DNA of 64,000 nucleotides from Tubulanus polymorphus (GCF_964204645.1 NC_134028.1:2418001-2482000); one strand, 5' to 3'; positions 28,107-43,215 are shown, counted from the stretch's first letter. Numbers and translations: made by a program. Notes: generated by a model from the letters alone, not told the origin.

Positions 28107-30386
28107 CACCTTGAATAATACAGTTCTCATCGACGAGCCTACCATGATATCATAATCTTTTGAGCGCAAGTCGTTTTTCAAAAAATAGTTTCGAGAATGT
28201 TGACATGAAAGGTGCTTCAGATAGAACATAGTAGTATTTTTTGACATATATACTGCATGTAGTTTTTCTTGTTGGTTACATTTACTCATCGGTTAGTTGA
28301 TGGTTTATACATAGTTTTAAGATAAAGAAAAAAGGTATGTAACCTATATTTGGACAGGTAAACAGCATTTATTTCTGATACACTAATGCCTACGTACCTT
28401 TTCTTCAGACATTTCTGAGAAATATCAAAATATAGTTTATCTAATGTTTATAATATTACTGGTACGTAGTATATACATATTGTTATGAAAACGGTTATAA
28501 TGATGTTGGAAACTGGTAATTTTTCTCGGGTATATGGCGTCACAGAGGACATAAATGCTTTAATCTAAAAGAAATTGATCAATTGTCAATTTTAATCATC
28601 ATTATTGGGTGCACTGATCTAAAAATGCTATGCCTTACTCGGTGGAAATGATAAAATGATGAAATACATCCAAGGTATTTCATTGTCTTTGGTGATAACA
28701 TTTTTCAAATCTCCTTATTGACTTCTTTCTATACCTGGCCATGGAAGAACTATTCTTAGGATTAATGAATGAGCTTTGATAAATTATAAATACGAATACA
28801 TGATGTATTAACACTTCATGAGTGCGGAATCTCATGAATTTTTTCATATGAATATATCTATTCGGGGTCCAAGAGGTTTGTATTGACAAAAAAAAAATCA
28901 ACAGCTCATCTCATATTATATCAATATTTATTTTCTGTATTTTGGTTTATAGTATATGTATATATGTTTGCGGTGTCTGGTACGCAAAATGACTTGAGGT
29001 GAGACTGTCAATTCTAGTTCAGCTCACTCCTGTCTATGCTGGTTTTAATCTGGAGTTTGCATCCACCCCCACAACCACTCATCACTTTTAGCTTTGAGGG
29101 TTTCACTTTTCAGGACATCAGTTATTTTTTTCTAATGGAAAATGAACAAACAAATGGACTACAAGACAGTCTCCCCATTCCAAAACGTTCATCATTAGAA
29201 ACAAACAAGTAAATATAAAGGGGTTCCAGGCTGCGGATTAATAATGTAACATCTCATACATTGTAAATAACAACTGAAGCACCTGGTATTGTGTGCTTGA
29301 TGTTAGATGCAGTTGGTTATTCTGTTGTTATAAAAGCATGTTATCTAATATCATGTTAACATCATTGTATTACCTGTGATCCGGCCACCTATAACTTTAA
29401 AAATCTAGGGATTGTCTGTATTTCATTAACAATGGACTGTTTAATATAAGAGTGATTATGTGTCAGCAGTTGTCAGCATGTTGAAAGGGGTTCCCCCTCT
29501 TGTATATACTGTTTGTTGTGGAAATATATATATATGTTTACTGCTTGCTGGTGGCCTGGTCACCTAATGTATGCAAAGCCATCAAATACACAATTTTTAT
29601 CATGTGGTGGAGCCTAAAAACATAGATATATTTTTAGAGTATAATGACCCAAAGTATTTGTGGAAGATGGTTTCGGTGTAAAATGAATATTTATTTTCAA
29701 AATAAAAACTCAATAAAAAAGCTATGGTTTTATTCTATTGATTCACATTTCTTGACGCTGCAATGTGTACCTTCTGTCAAGGACATGAAATATAAGCTAT
29801 TTTCGCTAAGCCCTACAGTACCATCCAATTCACTGATAGACCTGCTTAGAACCTCTCACCCAGGAGCAAAATATTGCATTTTGAGCAACTGGTGAAAAAT
29901 GCTCAACAAAGGAGCAAGTGTCATGTCAAGAATACCATTGACTCAAAATTCGTTTTAGTGTCCACGAAAATACGTAGTATTCACAATATACATTTCTACA
30001 CTTGCCACCATTCACCCCGCTGGTTATTCAAGCTTGGTCATAAATCGGGGCAAATTTTTGGCCAAGTGGTCTGTAGGCCTACATGCGCACACCCATACAA
30101 CTATCAATAACAAACAGAGAGGATCCACATCACAGAGGATTTGTTTCATCTCATACTCTACCATTCGATTTTATTCTACTTTCAAGTTTCAGGGTTGTGT
30201 GAACAAAGCTTCAATCCATGCAGTTGGAGCCACCCAAATTGGCATTCTAGGGACTAACTCAGGACCTGCAGTTACATAGTTTCCAGTTTGAATTTTGACC
30301 ATAGTTGACTGATTGAAACCGGTTGGAGTCCAAAACTTTAAATTTGACAGTTCTGACCCCACGTGTTTTTCATATTTCGCGGAATA

Positions 30387-30446
30387 TGACGTCATCACAT
30401 TCTATCTCAGCATACCGATGACGTCACATCACCGGCCGCCATTTTG
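30387..30446 (+). promoter_or_regulatory. Putative FAM149B1 promoter: two perfect CRE palindromes and a YY1-type motif
   Basis: TGACGTCA at 30387-30394 and 30419-30426, CCGCCATTTTG at 30436-30446, followed by CpG-rich sequence ~370 bp upstream of the ATG. Confidence 0.55.
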
Positions 30447-30809
30447 TTTGTTGTTTGTTTGCGAGGAGTGAAACGCGAGTGATTTCGATAAATCGTCGTC
30501 GATTGTGATGTTCCCGAGTGTCAAACGGATAGAAATTGGCACCGAAATGGTAGAATACATCGGGAAGATTCGATCGAATGAGTTAAGAAGGCGTTAAATC
30601 GTGTGAATCGTGCCGTAAACAGCGTCGAATCGGCGTCGTCAGGGAAGCTTTCTCGCTTCGATCAACTTCCTGGTTTCGCAAAATTCCTTAAAATCAAAAA
30701 AATAATTCGCCATCTAGAGTCAAATGTTGTGTTGAGTTAATATAATGACACTTTCCATATCATTGTCGAAGCATGTGGACAATTGCGTAGATGTCGCAAT
30801 CATCACATC

Positions 30810-33800
30810 ATGACTGGGATGTATACTAGGAGGACAATTCCACTGGAAGTGTAAGTATTTTTTCAAATTTCAGCTCCTCCCGACCCAGTCCCAACCAAGG
30901 CCTAATTTGAATGACACGGTATCATTCATTTATTACGTACACATAAAGTTTGAATTTTCAACCCCCCCTCTGTACGCAAAATCGGCCATTTTTTCATTTA
31001 AGCATTACACAGCACGCAATTGCACTGACCCCTCCCCCTCCCCTAATGCGTACGTAATAAATGAACGACCCCCACCCGATATGATATCTCCATCCTTTGC
31101 ATCTTGAGACTTACTCAGAAACCCTACCAGGGGCGTATTTATGATGGGAGCGCACGCCCCGTTGGCGTGTTGCTATTTCCGATGCCCTTTCAAAAAAACA
31201 GCAATCCTTTTAGAGCAGTTTTCCACTACTTGCAGGCTAATGGAGCAGCAGTCTGCTGCACAAGACTTGGCTCAAAAAATTCCCTCGAAGTTGCAATAGA
31301 AGATTCCGTCCTGAATCTGTCATAAATAATGTTTCAGTAAACAGAAGTGGAGCAAACTGATCATCTGATTTAGTGTGCATATTTTTATGCATCATTGGTG
31401 AAGTGTAATGTGCAGCTGGTCTAGGCCCGGGTTCATACTGTACCAAATTATAGTCATCTATTTTTATTTCATGTAATACTTTTTGAGCCCTCTTAAAACA
31501 GGCTGTCGGCCCATGAGTCTTAGTCTGCTCAGAATGATCTGAATCCACTTTAAATAATCTTAAGAACAGATTGTAGATTAGGAAGGAATATTTGAAAAGC
31601 TTTGCAATTGATAAATGCATGGTTTGATTAGTTTGAAATGATATAGATGGCGTATTCGTAGACGGTTTCTACCACGTTATTTGGATGTTGACACCTTTCA
31701 AAAATACGCATCACTTTCTGAAATTCTATTCAGCCTTGTGAAGATCCAGTCGGCCTAGAATGTTTTGGAAAATGAGGTTTTGAGTGAAATGAAACCTCTT
31801 GAATTTTAAAGGAATTCGATGACATTTTCTTTTTAAAGAACAAATCTCTCAATTTCAAAAAGGTTATTCACTGGTTACTGTAACAAGAATATCCGTACAA
31901 AAAAAAACACAATTATAAAGCAAAACTAATAAATAATTTCGATGTTTCAACTCATGTCATGAGACCCATTCTGAAAATGCATTTGTAATATTTCTCAAGA
32001 AATAATTTTGAAAAATGAAATAATGTAATTTTTTTAAATGGTTCACTTTGAGTCGAAGCTTCAAAAACCTATATCAATTTTACATCGTTTTTGTGAATTT
32101 TTGTCTTCGATTGAATTAAAGAATCGTTTGTCGGATGGAAACGTGAAGAGTGTTTGTTAAGCCCTGCCTCCGTGCGTGCGTGCGTCTGGCTGTTTTATTC
32201 TACTGCGTACAGCGTAGTTATTGATATTTGAAAACGACATTGTTTTCGCGGAGTCTTAGACAAACAGTCTTGAATCTCACTGTTGGTGACTGAGCGTGAC
32301 ATCGCTGTATATGATCGCTCGGCAAATACCACGAAATAGCCTCGACGTTTTTTCTCATTGATTACTATTAACTCGTTGCCATGGTAACAATCTTAAACAT
32401 TATACCGGAACGGTCCAGGTGGAATTGCGCGATAACCTTCAGGTTTGAAATGTCGGCTATGCAAGCAATCTGTTTCTGAATTATGACGGGTTATTATTAC
32501 ATCGCTAACAATCGAACTGTGAAATTTCGACGATTTTAAATTATGCGGTGTCAATAATTGAGCGCTATCAGAATTTCTTGTTGAGATAGAAATAATGGGG
32601 GGGGGGGCGGTGGTTGTATAAAAAGCTGTAATCTGTACCCTATCTCGGGTAGGCCTGATGGTTGTTTTCACCAGAAATCATTCGGCCTAGTCAACACATC
32701 TCCGCTGAGGTTGTTGCTATACCCCTGTCAATGTTGCATCCACCCATCTAAAAATCATCAACTCTGTTAAAAAATCTGCTGCCCTGAGTTGATATGAATG
32801 TCGATGTTCTAATGTGAGAGGTTACGACAAAGTGAAGCTTATCTTTCAATGTTTTGAAAACTTAGGCTAGCATTTGGCGTCCGCAAAAATGAATGCAGCC
32901 TCTCTGAAATGTGGAGATCATTGGCGTTTAGTGATAATGAGGGTGTGGTAGGCTAGTATTTGTTATGATGATATTAGTCATATCTAAGTATGAAGAGAGA
33001 CAGACCCCCTTCGAGGTGATATAGATCTCCTACCGTGAACTAATGCACGGAGGCAAGAGAGAATCTTTATAAGGTGATAACGACCTCTCTGCATGGGTCC
33101 AGAATGGAGAATTTCTCTGAAAAGTTATGAAACTCATCTTCCTTTTGAATCAGTCTTTAGCTATCGGTGAAAGTCACTATCCGGTTTTTAGTAACGCGCG
33201 GTGTGAGATTCATTCTTCTGACTTTTGAATTCTTTGATGTCCTGCTACGGTTGTCAAGTCTGTAAAGCGTAATTACAGCCTAAAGACTGGTTTCAATTCA
33301 ATTTTCAACTTGCGACAATACGTCTTCAATAGTGAAACAGGATCAAAGCCAATGACAGCTGAAACAAAGCTGTGAATTCCGCGCTGCAAGGAGCTACCGA
33401 CGAAACATCATTTCAGCCGCTGATATTCATCGCGCAACCACTTATTACAGTAACTGGAAATATTGCGCTGGTTCTTCGTGAAGTTGGCATAAAAATGTTG
33501 AACAATGGAGACTAATACGATGGAGGTATGATACACGCGTTTTCGATAGCTTCTCAAACAACATCGACGCAATCAAAGTGCCTCGGAACTTAAAACGCCG
33601 TTGTCGAGAGTTTGATGGATCAGTGATGCGGATAAAAACGTTTTGATGCTCGGTCATAGATTCAGTTAGTATTCTATTGATCGTCGTATTAAATGCAGGT
33701 CGCGTATGAAATCAACAGGTAGATTGATGTATACAGCAGCCGGATGAATGTCGCTTTGTTTTTGTTGTTCCCATCAGGAATTTAAATCTGCGAAGATGTC

Positions 33801-36800
33801 GACTAACTGACTTTTGGATAATGTTTAAATCGCACGTTTCATAGACCCGAAAATACGTGATCTTTATTCTTCGCGATTGGGAAATCTTTTTTTCTCGAGA
33901 TATTTCGAGCAGGAATTTTTACGCTCGAAGAAATATTCACTCGAAATTGAGAGAGATATAAACGGATTTAGACGAACGTGAAAAATTGTGGGAATTTCGT
34001 AATAACTTTTCATATTGTATTTCGAAGAGAGGAACTTCGGAGTCTCCCGCCGTCTCTAAGTTGATTAACAGTTATTTCGATATGACAATTCGCAGAATTT
34101 GATAGTTGGTAAATTTAAGCAGTTATTTAGTTGATGATAACGCTGATGTTAATGCTCTGATGTCGGATTGAAATAATATACATAGATTTAAGCGAAATTC
34201 GAGGGTACAAAATTCAGTAAAACGTCGTTGAATTAAGATATGACTATTCCTTTATCGAGTGGAGTGTTTAGTCGACCTTTAGAGGAAGTTTTAATAGTTA
34301 AAGGGTAAGTCTGAACTGTTCGATTGATTTCAGTCTGAATCCATTCTGATTTTTTCACAATCAGTATTTTTCTAATCGAGATAAATCTACGAAATATACG
34401 AATAATTTCTGTCCGTCTATTTCCATTAGCATAGTTTCGACTAAGCTACGGAAATTATTTTTTATTGATTTTTTCGTCATCTCATCGGCCGGTCTTCGAG
34501 TCATTTCGATTTTGTTCGATGATTGAAGATCATGACAAATTAATCTATTTCGTGATCATTTATGATTTCGTGATTAATCTCGAACTATTAACGTCTAAAA
34601 CAACCGAAATATAGACTGTCTATGACGACAGGTGGATTTTAAAATTCATAGCCTGATTTATCCATCTGTCCTGGGTCGCGCGCCCTGATATCGATAGCCG
34701 TGATCGCAGACAATTTGGCCCGGGCCAAGTTAAGCCCTTGCCTAATTAGAGAGCGCGCTCACACGTAAACCACTCACTCGATACTAAATAATGCTTAAAC
34801 AAAGCGAAATGAGTCACTTGCGGAACCAGTTGCAATCATTTGTCAGGTGTTAAAGTTTGGCACGGACCTGACCAAAGTTAGTCTTGCCCTTTCTCTTTCC
34901 CTATACTAAGAAAACCCTAAATTCAGTCTACAGTGTGTTTTGATATATTGGCACTGTATGTAGTGTTCTTGCACCGGGTAATGGTAATGATATAGGGGAG
35001 TTTAGGTTTTGTTCTATTCGATATTACGAGAGTCTACTTCAGTATCGCAGTAAATGAAGAACAACTTTGCTTAATTGGCATATTGACATACCTCGTTTGT
35101 CAGAGCGAGAAAAGTCCTTCAAAATTATATTCAATAATTTATTCATATCCGCCACGTTTTATCTACCGATCATGTTTTATATCTGTGAAATTTCAGCTTA
35201 TAATACGCGTCGTTTTGGCGACGGGTTTGATTTTCAGCTTAAAAGTAAACGTCAGTTTTCGAGACTTTTCCTCTCGTACTGCATCATGGGAAGTAGTGAA
35301 ATGTCTATATTTCGTAACGTGGAGATTGCTCTTGGAGAGAGTTGCTGTATTAGTATAGTATAATGAGGACGTCCTCAACTTTGTCCATGTACGTTTGTCA
35401 CTATGGAAACTTATTCTGTTATTATTTCAAACACACATCATATCCTCATAAATGTCACTCGTTTGCCGTATAAACCGCAAGTGTGCGAGAAAAATCGAAT
35501 TGGCCGTATAACATAATACCGCCGGTTTATGGATGTATTTATTCGTGGTAATTGGAAAAATTTAAAAAAAAGAGAATATCTTTTTTGATGAGTAAAGCTC
35601 GAGCGCTGCAGTCTAGTTTTAGCTAGAAATATGTCATATCATTTACTTTGAAAAATGTACTCGTGAAAAGTGAAGCCAGTGATTTGATGAAATCAATGAT
35701 TATTCCCACACTTGAATTGAAAGACTGAAGTTTAAGAAATTGAATATTCATTCAGACCTTTTTTCATGGATTGATATGTTTCAGTAACTTGTTAATATGT
35801 TCCTTTCTTTGAAGTCGGTTTGCGAAACACTTGTAGCCTATATTCATATGTCCCGCTCCTGATAGTTTATTTTTATTTTTGTTTTATTAGACGTGGAATT
35901 AGTAGAACTGGACAAGTTGATGCTTTATCTCACCCGTTACCGGAACGCGCTGATGAAGATGTTATACCCGATTACCTAGCCAGCATCGAGGAAGCGTTAG
36001 CTGCTAGTGTCAGGTATGTAAACGATATTTGATTGGAATTGTGTTTAAAGTTAGTGACCGGTAATGTGCCCTCTACTCGTCACTAGCGTGTACTCGATGT
36101 CATGTTTGTGGTTATACTGTTTGCTAAACCTGAAGTCATTCATTATTAAACAGTTCTGTAATATAAGCTTTATTTGCTCGGGTATGACGGTGCACTAAAG
36201 ACAGCTACGGAAATTCCTCAATGAGGAATTGTTAATGAAATTGTCGAAAGGTCTTCTCTAACGTAGTAAAATCAACTTGAATTGATCTTTTTAGCTTTTT
36301 TAATTTGACACTAAGAATTTCTTGGAGTGATTCAGACTACCTACTTGTATTCATCTTTAAAAAAAAAACAACTTATTTGAAGTTATTTATTTCGTCAGTT
36401 CATTTTGTCTGGAATTGTCATCACCCGGCCCAAATTTAATCTTTAAGAGGTCGATTTTTTCAACATATCAACAGTTTACGCAGCATTGATTTATAGTTTG
36501 TAAATGGTTGTCTTATTTTCAGTCATGATACGACGCCGACGGTCAGCGGTCGATCTTCACCGACGGCGGAGACTCACAGTTTCCGGTCGGCCGTTCAGAT
36601 CAATAACGGAGGCTGGGCGACGGGTAACACTACTGAGCGTAGTAGCATCGATTCCAGCTGTTCTTGGGATGACGTAAGTTGGGGAGATGTAAGTATACGC
36701 CTTATCAAATCATTATATAAACATCAGAATCTGTTACAATCGAAGAATTTTGATTTGTGGCTTCGTGGAAGCTCGTCAAGTTCTCTGATTGTTACTGATT

Positions 36801-39800
36801 GGTTTATATATCTATAGATAGATAGTTGCAGTGCATTAATTTCAAGTTTATATATATGTTTGCATTTTGTTTTGCTGTGATAACTTGATTGATTGATTGT
36901 TTTTGATTGAAGTATTTGCAGATTTTGAAATATGATTTTTGTATGGAATGTAATTAATTGCACTGGCAATAATGGTTTGAAGGTGTATACTGCTTGTAAT
37001 TACCGATTTAGGTCAATGTGCAACTTATGCGGCAATACGACGCAACCAAGACAAACTTTGGATTTGGTAATTGGTTGACTGGTTGTCGCAGCTAATAACC
37101 GAACGCGCTATAGTTCGGTCTTATGCATTTCATTATCGGCCATCTTGGAACTTAGTCCTGCAACTGTGCTCAGTTGCATGGTTCGCTATTTCGGGATTAT
37201 ACTTCTGAACAGGGAAGTGTCCCTGTTCTGACTAACTGACATTCGGTTTCAGTTTGCCAAAAAGTCGACTAACAAAGTTTTGCCATTTCTGATGAATGTA
37301 GAACCGTTTGAGTCGCAAGTTGACCTGAATCCTGTTTTTGAGAGTCTCTCGATGATGAAATGTTTTTCAAGCAGGTTTTTGTTTGTATCAATGACAGGAA
37401 TTCGATAGACAAGCGACGGTCAACGTACGACACGTGTTCAATGAAATCGATTCGATGCTGTTCGAATCGAACAAAGAACCCGAGCATTTATCGAACCTGG
37501 CGAAAGAATGTAAAGAATGGTCGTCGCAGTTTGTACACCTCAGGTAAAAAAATAGCGAAAATCAATTAGTAACGCGCCGTTTGTGTTAAATCGCTCGCGG
37601 AAATTAGAAAATGTTAGTAGCAATAAAATAACGATATGTTAGTGATATATCCAATTAATGAAATCAATAAAATGCAACGTTTATTGCATGGAAATGGAAA
37701 TTGGTACTGATTTTGTGATTTTATCGTTCTTCCCATTAATTCAAGCTTTTTCATTTAATATATTCATGACATGCGTATCTAATGGTACCGAACGCTGTAC
37801 TTCTTGTTCTTTTGGTTTTTTCTCAATTTCTCCTCTATCCCCCTTTATTCAGGATTCTCGGAAAACAAGTCGTACCTCCTCAAGACGACGGTTTTCAACT
37901 GATACCTATGGACGACTCGACGGGGAACATGTTGGTCGAAATATTCGACAACGATCTCGTTTCTCATGAACCCCAGATGTAAGTTCGCTTTGAAGAAGTT
38001 TTTCGAATATTTCTTTTTAAATGCTGGATGTTTTCTCTACTATCTGTACTTGTGTATTGCGATGATATTGCAGATTGTGTATAAATGGGCAGCATGTAGA
38101 TGCCAAATTGCCTCCACCTGGTGCTAATGTCTCATATTTAGAAGAGGAAATCTTTGCCCAAGATGGACTTTATGAAGATGTGATAGCAGTTGATTACATG
38201 TACGTATTAAGATATCTAAATAATTTGTAAAATCTTAAACGAAGAGTAGTAAAGTGGTTAATGTGAGTTGAACGCGTGATGTCATCAGAACCTGTAGTTC
38301 AGTGGGTTCTGCTACTATGAAAAACTCTATTCTTTCCTATGAATTCAGAGATGAAGGAGGAGGTGGAAGAGGAAGGCGAGGAGGACGTTATCTTCGTAAA
38401 GGATACCCACCGCTTACACCTAATGCCTGTCTCAGAGATAGTGTATCTAACACTACGTTTGATTTCGCCTGGTCAGAAGTACGTATAAACCTACGTAAAA
38501 TATACACGTATTCCATCTGATTATGAGAATCTGACGTTTGAAATAATGTTTGGCTGCTTAAAAGGTTAAAATCTGACTACAGTTAAGTCAAGGTTTTAAC
38601 TCGTGATTGTGGAACTAGTTCTGTCAAAAATAATATTTCTTAAATTTGTATTATTTATTTTTGTAGATTGTTTCATGGATGCGAGTTATGATCAGAATGG
38701 TCACGAGTGACGTAATAAAAAGTGAGTTTCAGTTCATTCTTTCTAGGTATGACTCGCATTTACTGAATTCATATTTTCATTATCGTTCGAATTCGTTATT
38801 TCAGAGAGTGCCAAAGGTTCTGGCGATTTACCCGAAATTCCTGATCTTCCAATTGCCATTTCTCCGTCATCGAGGTTACCTATTGATCTGCCTCAAAGAG
38901 AATTAACGTATCCTCGATTTCAAGAGAAGGTAAAAATCTTCTATAAACTCTTCGTTCATGAAATCCATATCTAACTCATATTTGTCGATTAAGTTTGTTG
39001 TTAAACTATTATTGATTTGTAAATCTAGCCGCTTTAGAATGAAATATATCTCTTGCTTACTTCTAACTTACTGTATATCATCATTATTAATCAATGTTTG
39101 TTATTAAACCCTTATCAATGTGAAATTCTTGCTGTTTTTAGAATAATCAATGTCTCTAACGCTCCTAACTATCGCTTCCGTATATAGCTTACGTACGTCG
39201 CTATCAACTGCGCTGGTTCTGCATGAAGCTTTCATTGTTATTATTTCAGCGTCTATACACCGCTAATACTTGTACACTGGCCGACCTTAAAGATCTATTC
39301 GGCAACCCTATATCCCAGGATCTCCCAGTATAGTGTTCAAAAAATCACCCTCACCGTTTAGACTGACTGACTATTTACCACAATGTTTATTTCACTAATT
39401 CTATATATATATACAGTCAACTCTTATTTCATCATGAAAAATGATTTTATTTTCAGAAATGTCTTTAATGATTTTATCATCATTTCAAGAAAGAAATCGA
39501 TGCATGCCGATCGCACTTTTTCATTTATTGCAGAAAATATATACCTATTGCTTCATTCGATTTGATCAATTGTTTGCTGTGCGTTGTTCGATTTTTCAAA
39601 ACACGACTGCACCAAGATTCATTGAAATATTTACATGAGTATCACATGCCCGTTTATCTGAAGTTTGAAATATGTTGTTCGTGTTTTATTTTAGTCTCGG
39701 TGGTCAACGGCTCAGTCAAACATGGACGGCTCATTAGCAAGTGTTTTAACTATTTCAACTAAGATGTTGTTGAGAAGGGAAAATTCAAACATTCCGTAAG

Positions 39801-42762
39801 TAATTTTTAATACGGATAACTTTTTAATTTAAGACAGATAACGGACTATGTACAGCTAACCAGTGCAAGATCGCAGAGCGGTCACTCACTTATATGCTGA
39901 TACTGATACTGAATACCGGTTCCATATTTAGCATATAGCCATTAACTGTGGGAAGTGTTCTATTTTTCGTTATCTTATTTATTCCTGATTTCAATGTTTT
40001 GAATTTTTTTCCAGTGATGTATCTGAAAAAGACATAATTCCTCGTCCTGGATCAAGTCTCAAGTTTATCGGTCGTCCTCCTGGTGCCCGATCATCGGATA
40101 CATTGCACACTCATCTCACGTCGGCGCGCATTAAAGGGGCTCCACGTGGCCGTCTGGCACCATTAGATAGAGCTAAAACACCCAGTGTTGTAAGTATCAC
40201 TTAAGCCATTTATTTCAATGAATTAGAAAGTTTGAAACTTGCCCCTCATTTCCAAAAATCCATCCATTTATTGGTTTCAAAAGACAAGTAACTGCCAGAA
40301 AAATCACAATATGAAGTAAAAATTGTGAGAGGTTTCATGGTTTGATTTTTGGCCTACCTGGTATTGTAACTCAGATTTTGGCTCATCTAATCACTTTGAA
40401 TGTTTGAGACTGTTTTAAGATTTAAACCTGAGTTTGCCCTGGTATTAAACACTATGTTGTAGGCTAGATTTCATGAAAGAAAACATAAGTTGAGACTGGT
40501 TTCACGAAGCCTTCTCATTCTCAGTGACTTCAACAATTCAGTGATTCACAATTCGTCGGGTTTCCGACCACATTCAGACGTACGCACCTGTTTTGACGCT
40601 TTGATTGATTGATTAATTTCAGGAGGAAGATCGACGAGAGATGAGAGGAGAGGTGGTGATTCGAGGTCATCGATTACAAACCGTTAATGATCGCAGTTCT
40701 AGTCAAGCGGATCATCTATCATCGTCACCGTATACGATGTTTCGTAACGGAGCTCTACCACCGATCGGGTTAGAAAGTCCGGAGCATCCTCCTCCATCGC
40801 AACGAGGCATTGTAAGTTCGCAAGACCATTCTGGAAATGACGTCTGCCTCCATAAATGCCCGGAGTTTTAATTTGATCGATCTCACTTGTATAGATTCAA
40901 CTTATCGTGTCAAACTCGTGGCCTTCTCATGCATGTCTATATAGAACCCACATAATGAAGATTTAACAACAAAATCTGTTCACCTGGACCCAGTTCCACA
41001 GTTCTGAGTTAAGATTTGACTCAAGATTTAACTCATCGACAATGAACTGATTTTAACTAAGAGTTAACTCTAACCCATAACTGTGGAACTGGATCCTGAT
41101 ATTTTTTATTGGACAGTTAGTTACATATTAGTTACATAGGCTTTCGCAGGCAATTGTTAAAAACTTGTTTGAATTTGTTTATCGTTTTAGAGGAGAAATC
41201 AGTTTAATCGAGCCAGTAGTGCAATAGCGGATAAACTAGAGAACAGAGTTCCTGTACGCGATCGCGAACGTTACGCTATGCCAGCAGAAAATCTCAACAG
41301 ACCCAGCACAACTCATACATTTAGAGTAAGTTCGATATATTTTGCCAAGTATCGGTCGTTACTGATATTCATTTGACGTGAAGCTGATGGCTATCCTGTT
41401 GTATCAGACAGGGTGTGGAGAGACATCAGAGGTGCTTCTCGGCGACCAGGAGTTCCATTACGGTTTCAACATCCCTCACCACCTCCTTCATATTAATATC
41501 ATTCATTGTAGAGCTTTTCTTTTAGCGATCAAATAAACGCGCAAAGATAAGATGCATTCTTAGACTCACTCCGGGTGGCATTTAAAGAAAATGTGAGGTG
41601 ATTTGCCTGTAGCTGTCTGACTAATGGAGTGTATTTTCTATGATCCCATTCCTGATGTTTGTTAAACAGCCTGTTAGCAATCAAATATTCAACCCTGAAT
41701 TCAAGCTACGTTGCATGCAGCTAAAAGAACAATGATCTTACTGAAAACTTACTTCCCTTAAATCGTTGTTGCGTTTAGGTCTGTTGTATCCTTATATGTA
41801 TAAATACTCGTATCAATGGTATCCCGAGCTAATGTAGTTTTACCCTTGTTTTACGTATCTGAAGTTCGTGTTGGTTAGTGAAAATGAGTTTGATACGAAA
41901 GGACTTGAAACGAACGATAGATCTAGATTTTAATGATTTAGTCGAAAGTAGCTTTCTTTAAAAAGCAGATCACATGATTACGGTTGATGTAAGATTGTTG
42001 ATCTTTTCTTTTTGTAGTCTGACACTCCATTTACCAATCCAGCTCGTCGCTCATCAACGCCACTGGGTATTACAACTCTCAGAGCAGGTCTCAGTAAGTA
42101 TTGATTTTGTACACATAAACCTACTAGGTATTTAGAAGTGTATGATGAATGTTTTTATTTTCTTGTAGATGTAACGGGTAACAGCATTCCAAATCCGGCG
42201 GATTATCAGCTGGATGAAGAGGATGATGAAGATTTCCAGGATGCGCATTCGCATTGGGGTGAGTTTCCTTGAGTTTCCGCGAAATTTGTGCTTCGGCTTC
42301 TTAAACACAGTGAACGCAAAGATTGTCCGCTTCGTAATGGCATTTTACTCATTTCACTGAATTACCAAATTTTTTCGATTCGAATTCATCCGCTTGATGA
42401 TCCAACCGAGAATTTCTGATACAAATAAGTCGATTTAATTTCGAAAATTCCGTCCAATTTCGGCTTTCGATGACGATGTATAAGATTAGCCAGTAATTTT
42501 GTGCCTATAACGATCAGATTCAGAATTCTATTAAGGTGACGGACTGCATTTATGTTGTAAGTAGTAGCGATGTTCTGTTCGGGTAGTTAACTAGCGAATT
42601 CGTCGTCGTTGACGTTTCAAGTTGTGTTCTGTATTAAATCAGTTGTTGTTGCGTTTCTATTTTGTTACGAATACAGGCCAAAGCTTCCCTCCTCCTAAAA
42701 TGAAGACTGCTTCCCCTGTTGTTACAGCTTATAGGCAACGATCTGGATCTTCCAATCTATGA
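30810..42762 (+). CDS. FAM149B1: FAM149B1-like ciliary protein (DUF3719), ~630 aa; exons 30810-30850, 35891-36013, 36523-36688, 37398-37543, 37853-37978, 38074-38199, 38349-38478, 38667-38721, 38805-38929, 39695-39795, 40015-40189, 40623-40811, 41191-41325, 42018-42093, 42169-42258, 42677-42762
   Basis: Phase-consistent GT-AG exon chain of 1890 nt. The N-terminus MTGMYTRRTIPLEVRGISR resembles vertebrate FAM149B1. DUF3719-like block SWGDEFDRQATVNVRHVFNEIDSMLFE...ECKEWSSQFVHLRILGKQV is present, plus EEEIFAQDG, RKGYPPLTPNACLRD and RPSTTHTFR. The gene may be co-orthologous to vertebrate FAM149A and B1. Confidence 0.85.
40987..41095. mobile_element. PIF/Harbinger-like MITE
   Basis: TIR GACCCAGTTCCACAGTT ... 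AACTGTGGAACTGGATC flanked by a CTG duplication; related elements at ~43023-43141 and ~43335-43460. Confidence 0.75.
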
Positions 42763-43215
42763 CATTGGTAAAATTATAGCCTCGTGTGCACTCGATTATT
42801 ATCGTCATTATCGTTTCTGCATGTAATTATACTATTCGTGGAACTGGTTGTTCTAAAGTTCCGGCAGCACTTTCTATTCTTTCTCTACATATATGCTATT
42901 TGAGTCACATGCTCTGCGTTGATTGCTGCACTTGACCTTGAATTTAAGCTAGAAACGAAAATGTTTTTATAGAGTCTATTTCTGAAATACACTATTTCGA
43001 GGGAAGAAATCACGATTTCTTAGCCCCAGTTGCGAGGTTGTGATACAAGTTTATGGTCTTAAGATATTTTTAGATTGGTCGTAGATCCAAAATATGCTAA
43101 GACTGAGCTTAGATCTACGCGGTATGTCTGTGCAACTGGCCACTTGTCGAATAGTCGTTAAAAAAGTTTCTTTGCGCCAAATTGTTAATGATGGATTCGA
43201 TTAACCTTTTTGCAG

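Noticed and set aside
31237-31620. 127-aa minus-strand ORF in FAM149B1 intron 1
   Set aside because: No recognisable motif or supporting exons.
41408-41500. Possible extra exon after 41325 in FAM149B1
   Set aside because: Weak acceptor and no convincing donor; not supportable without transcripts.
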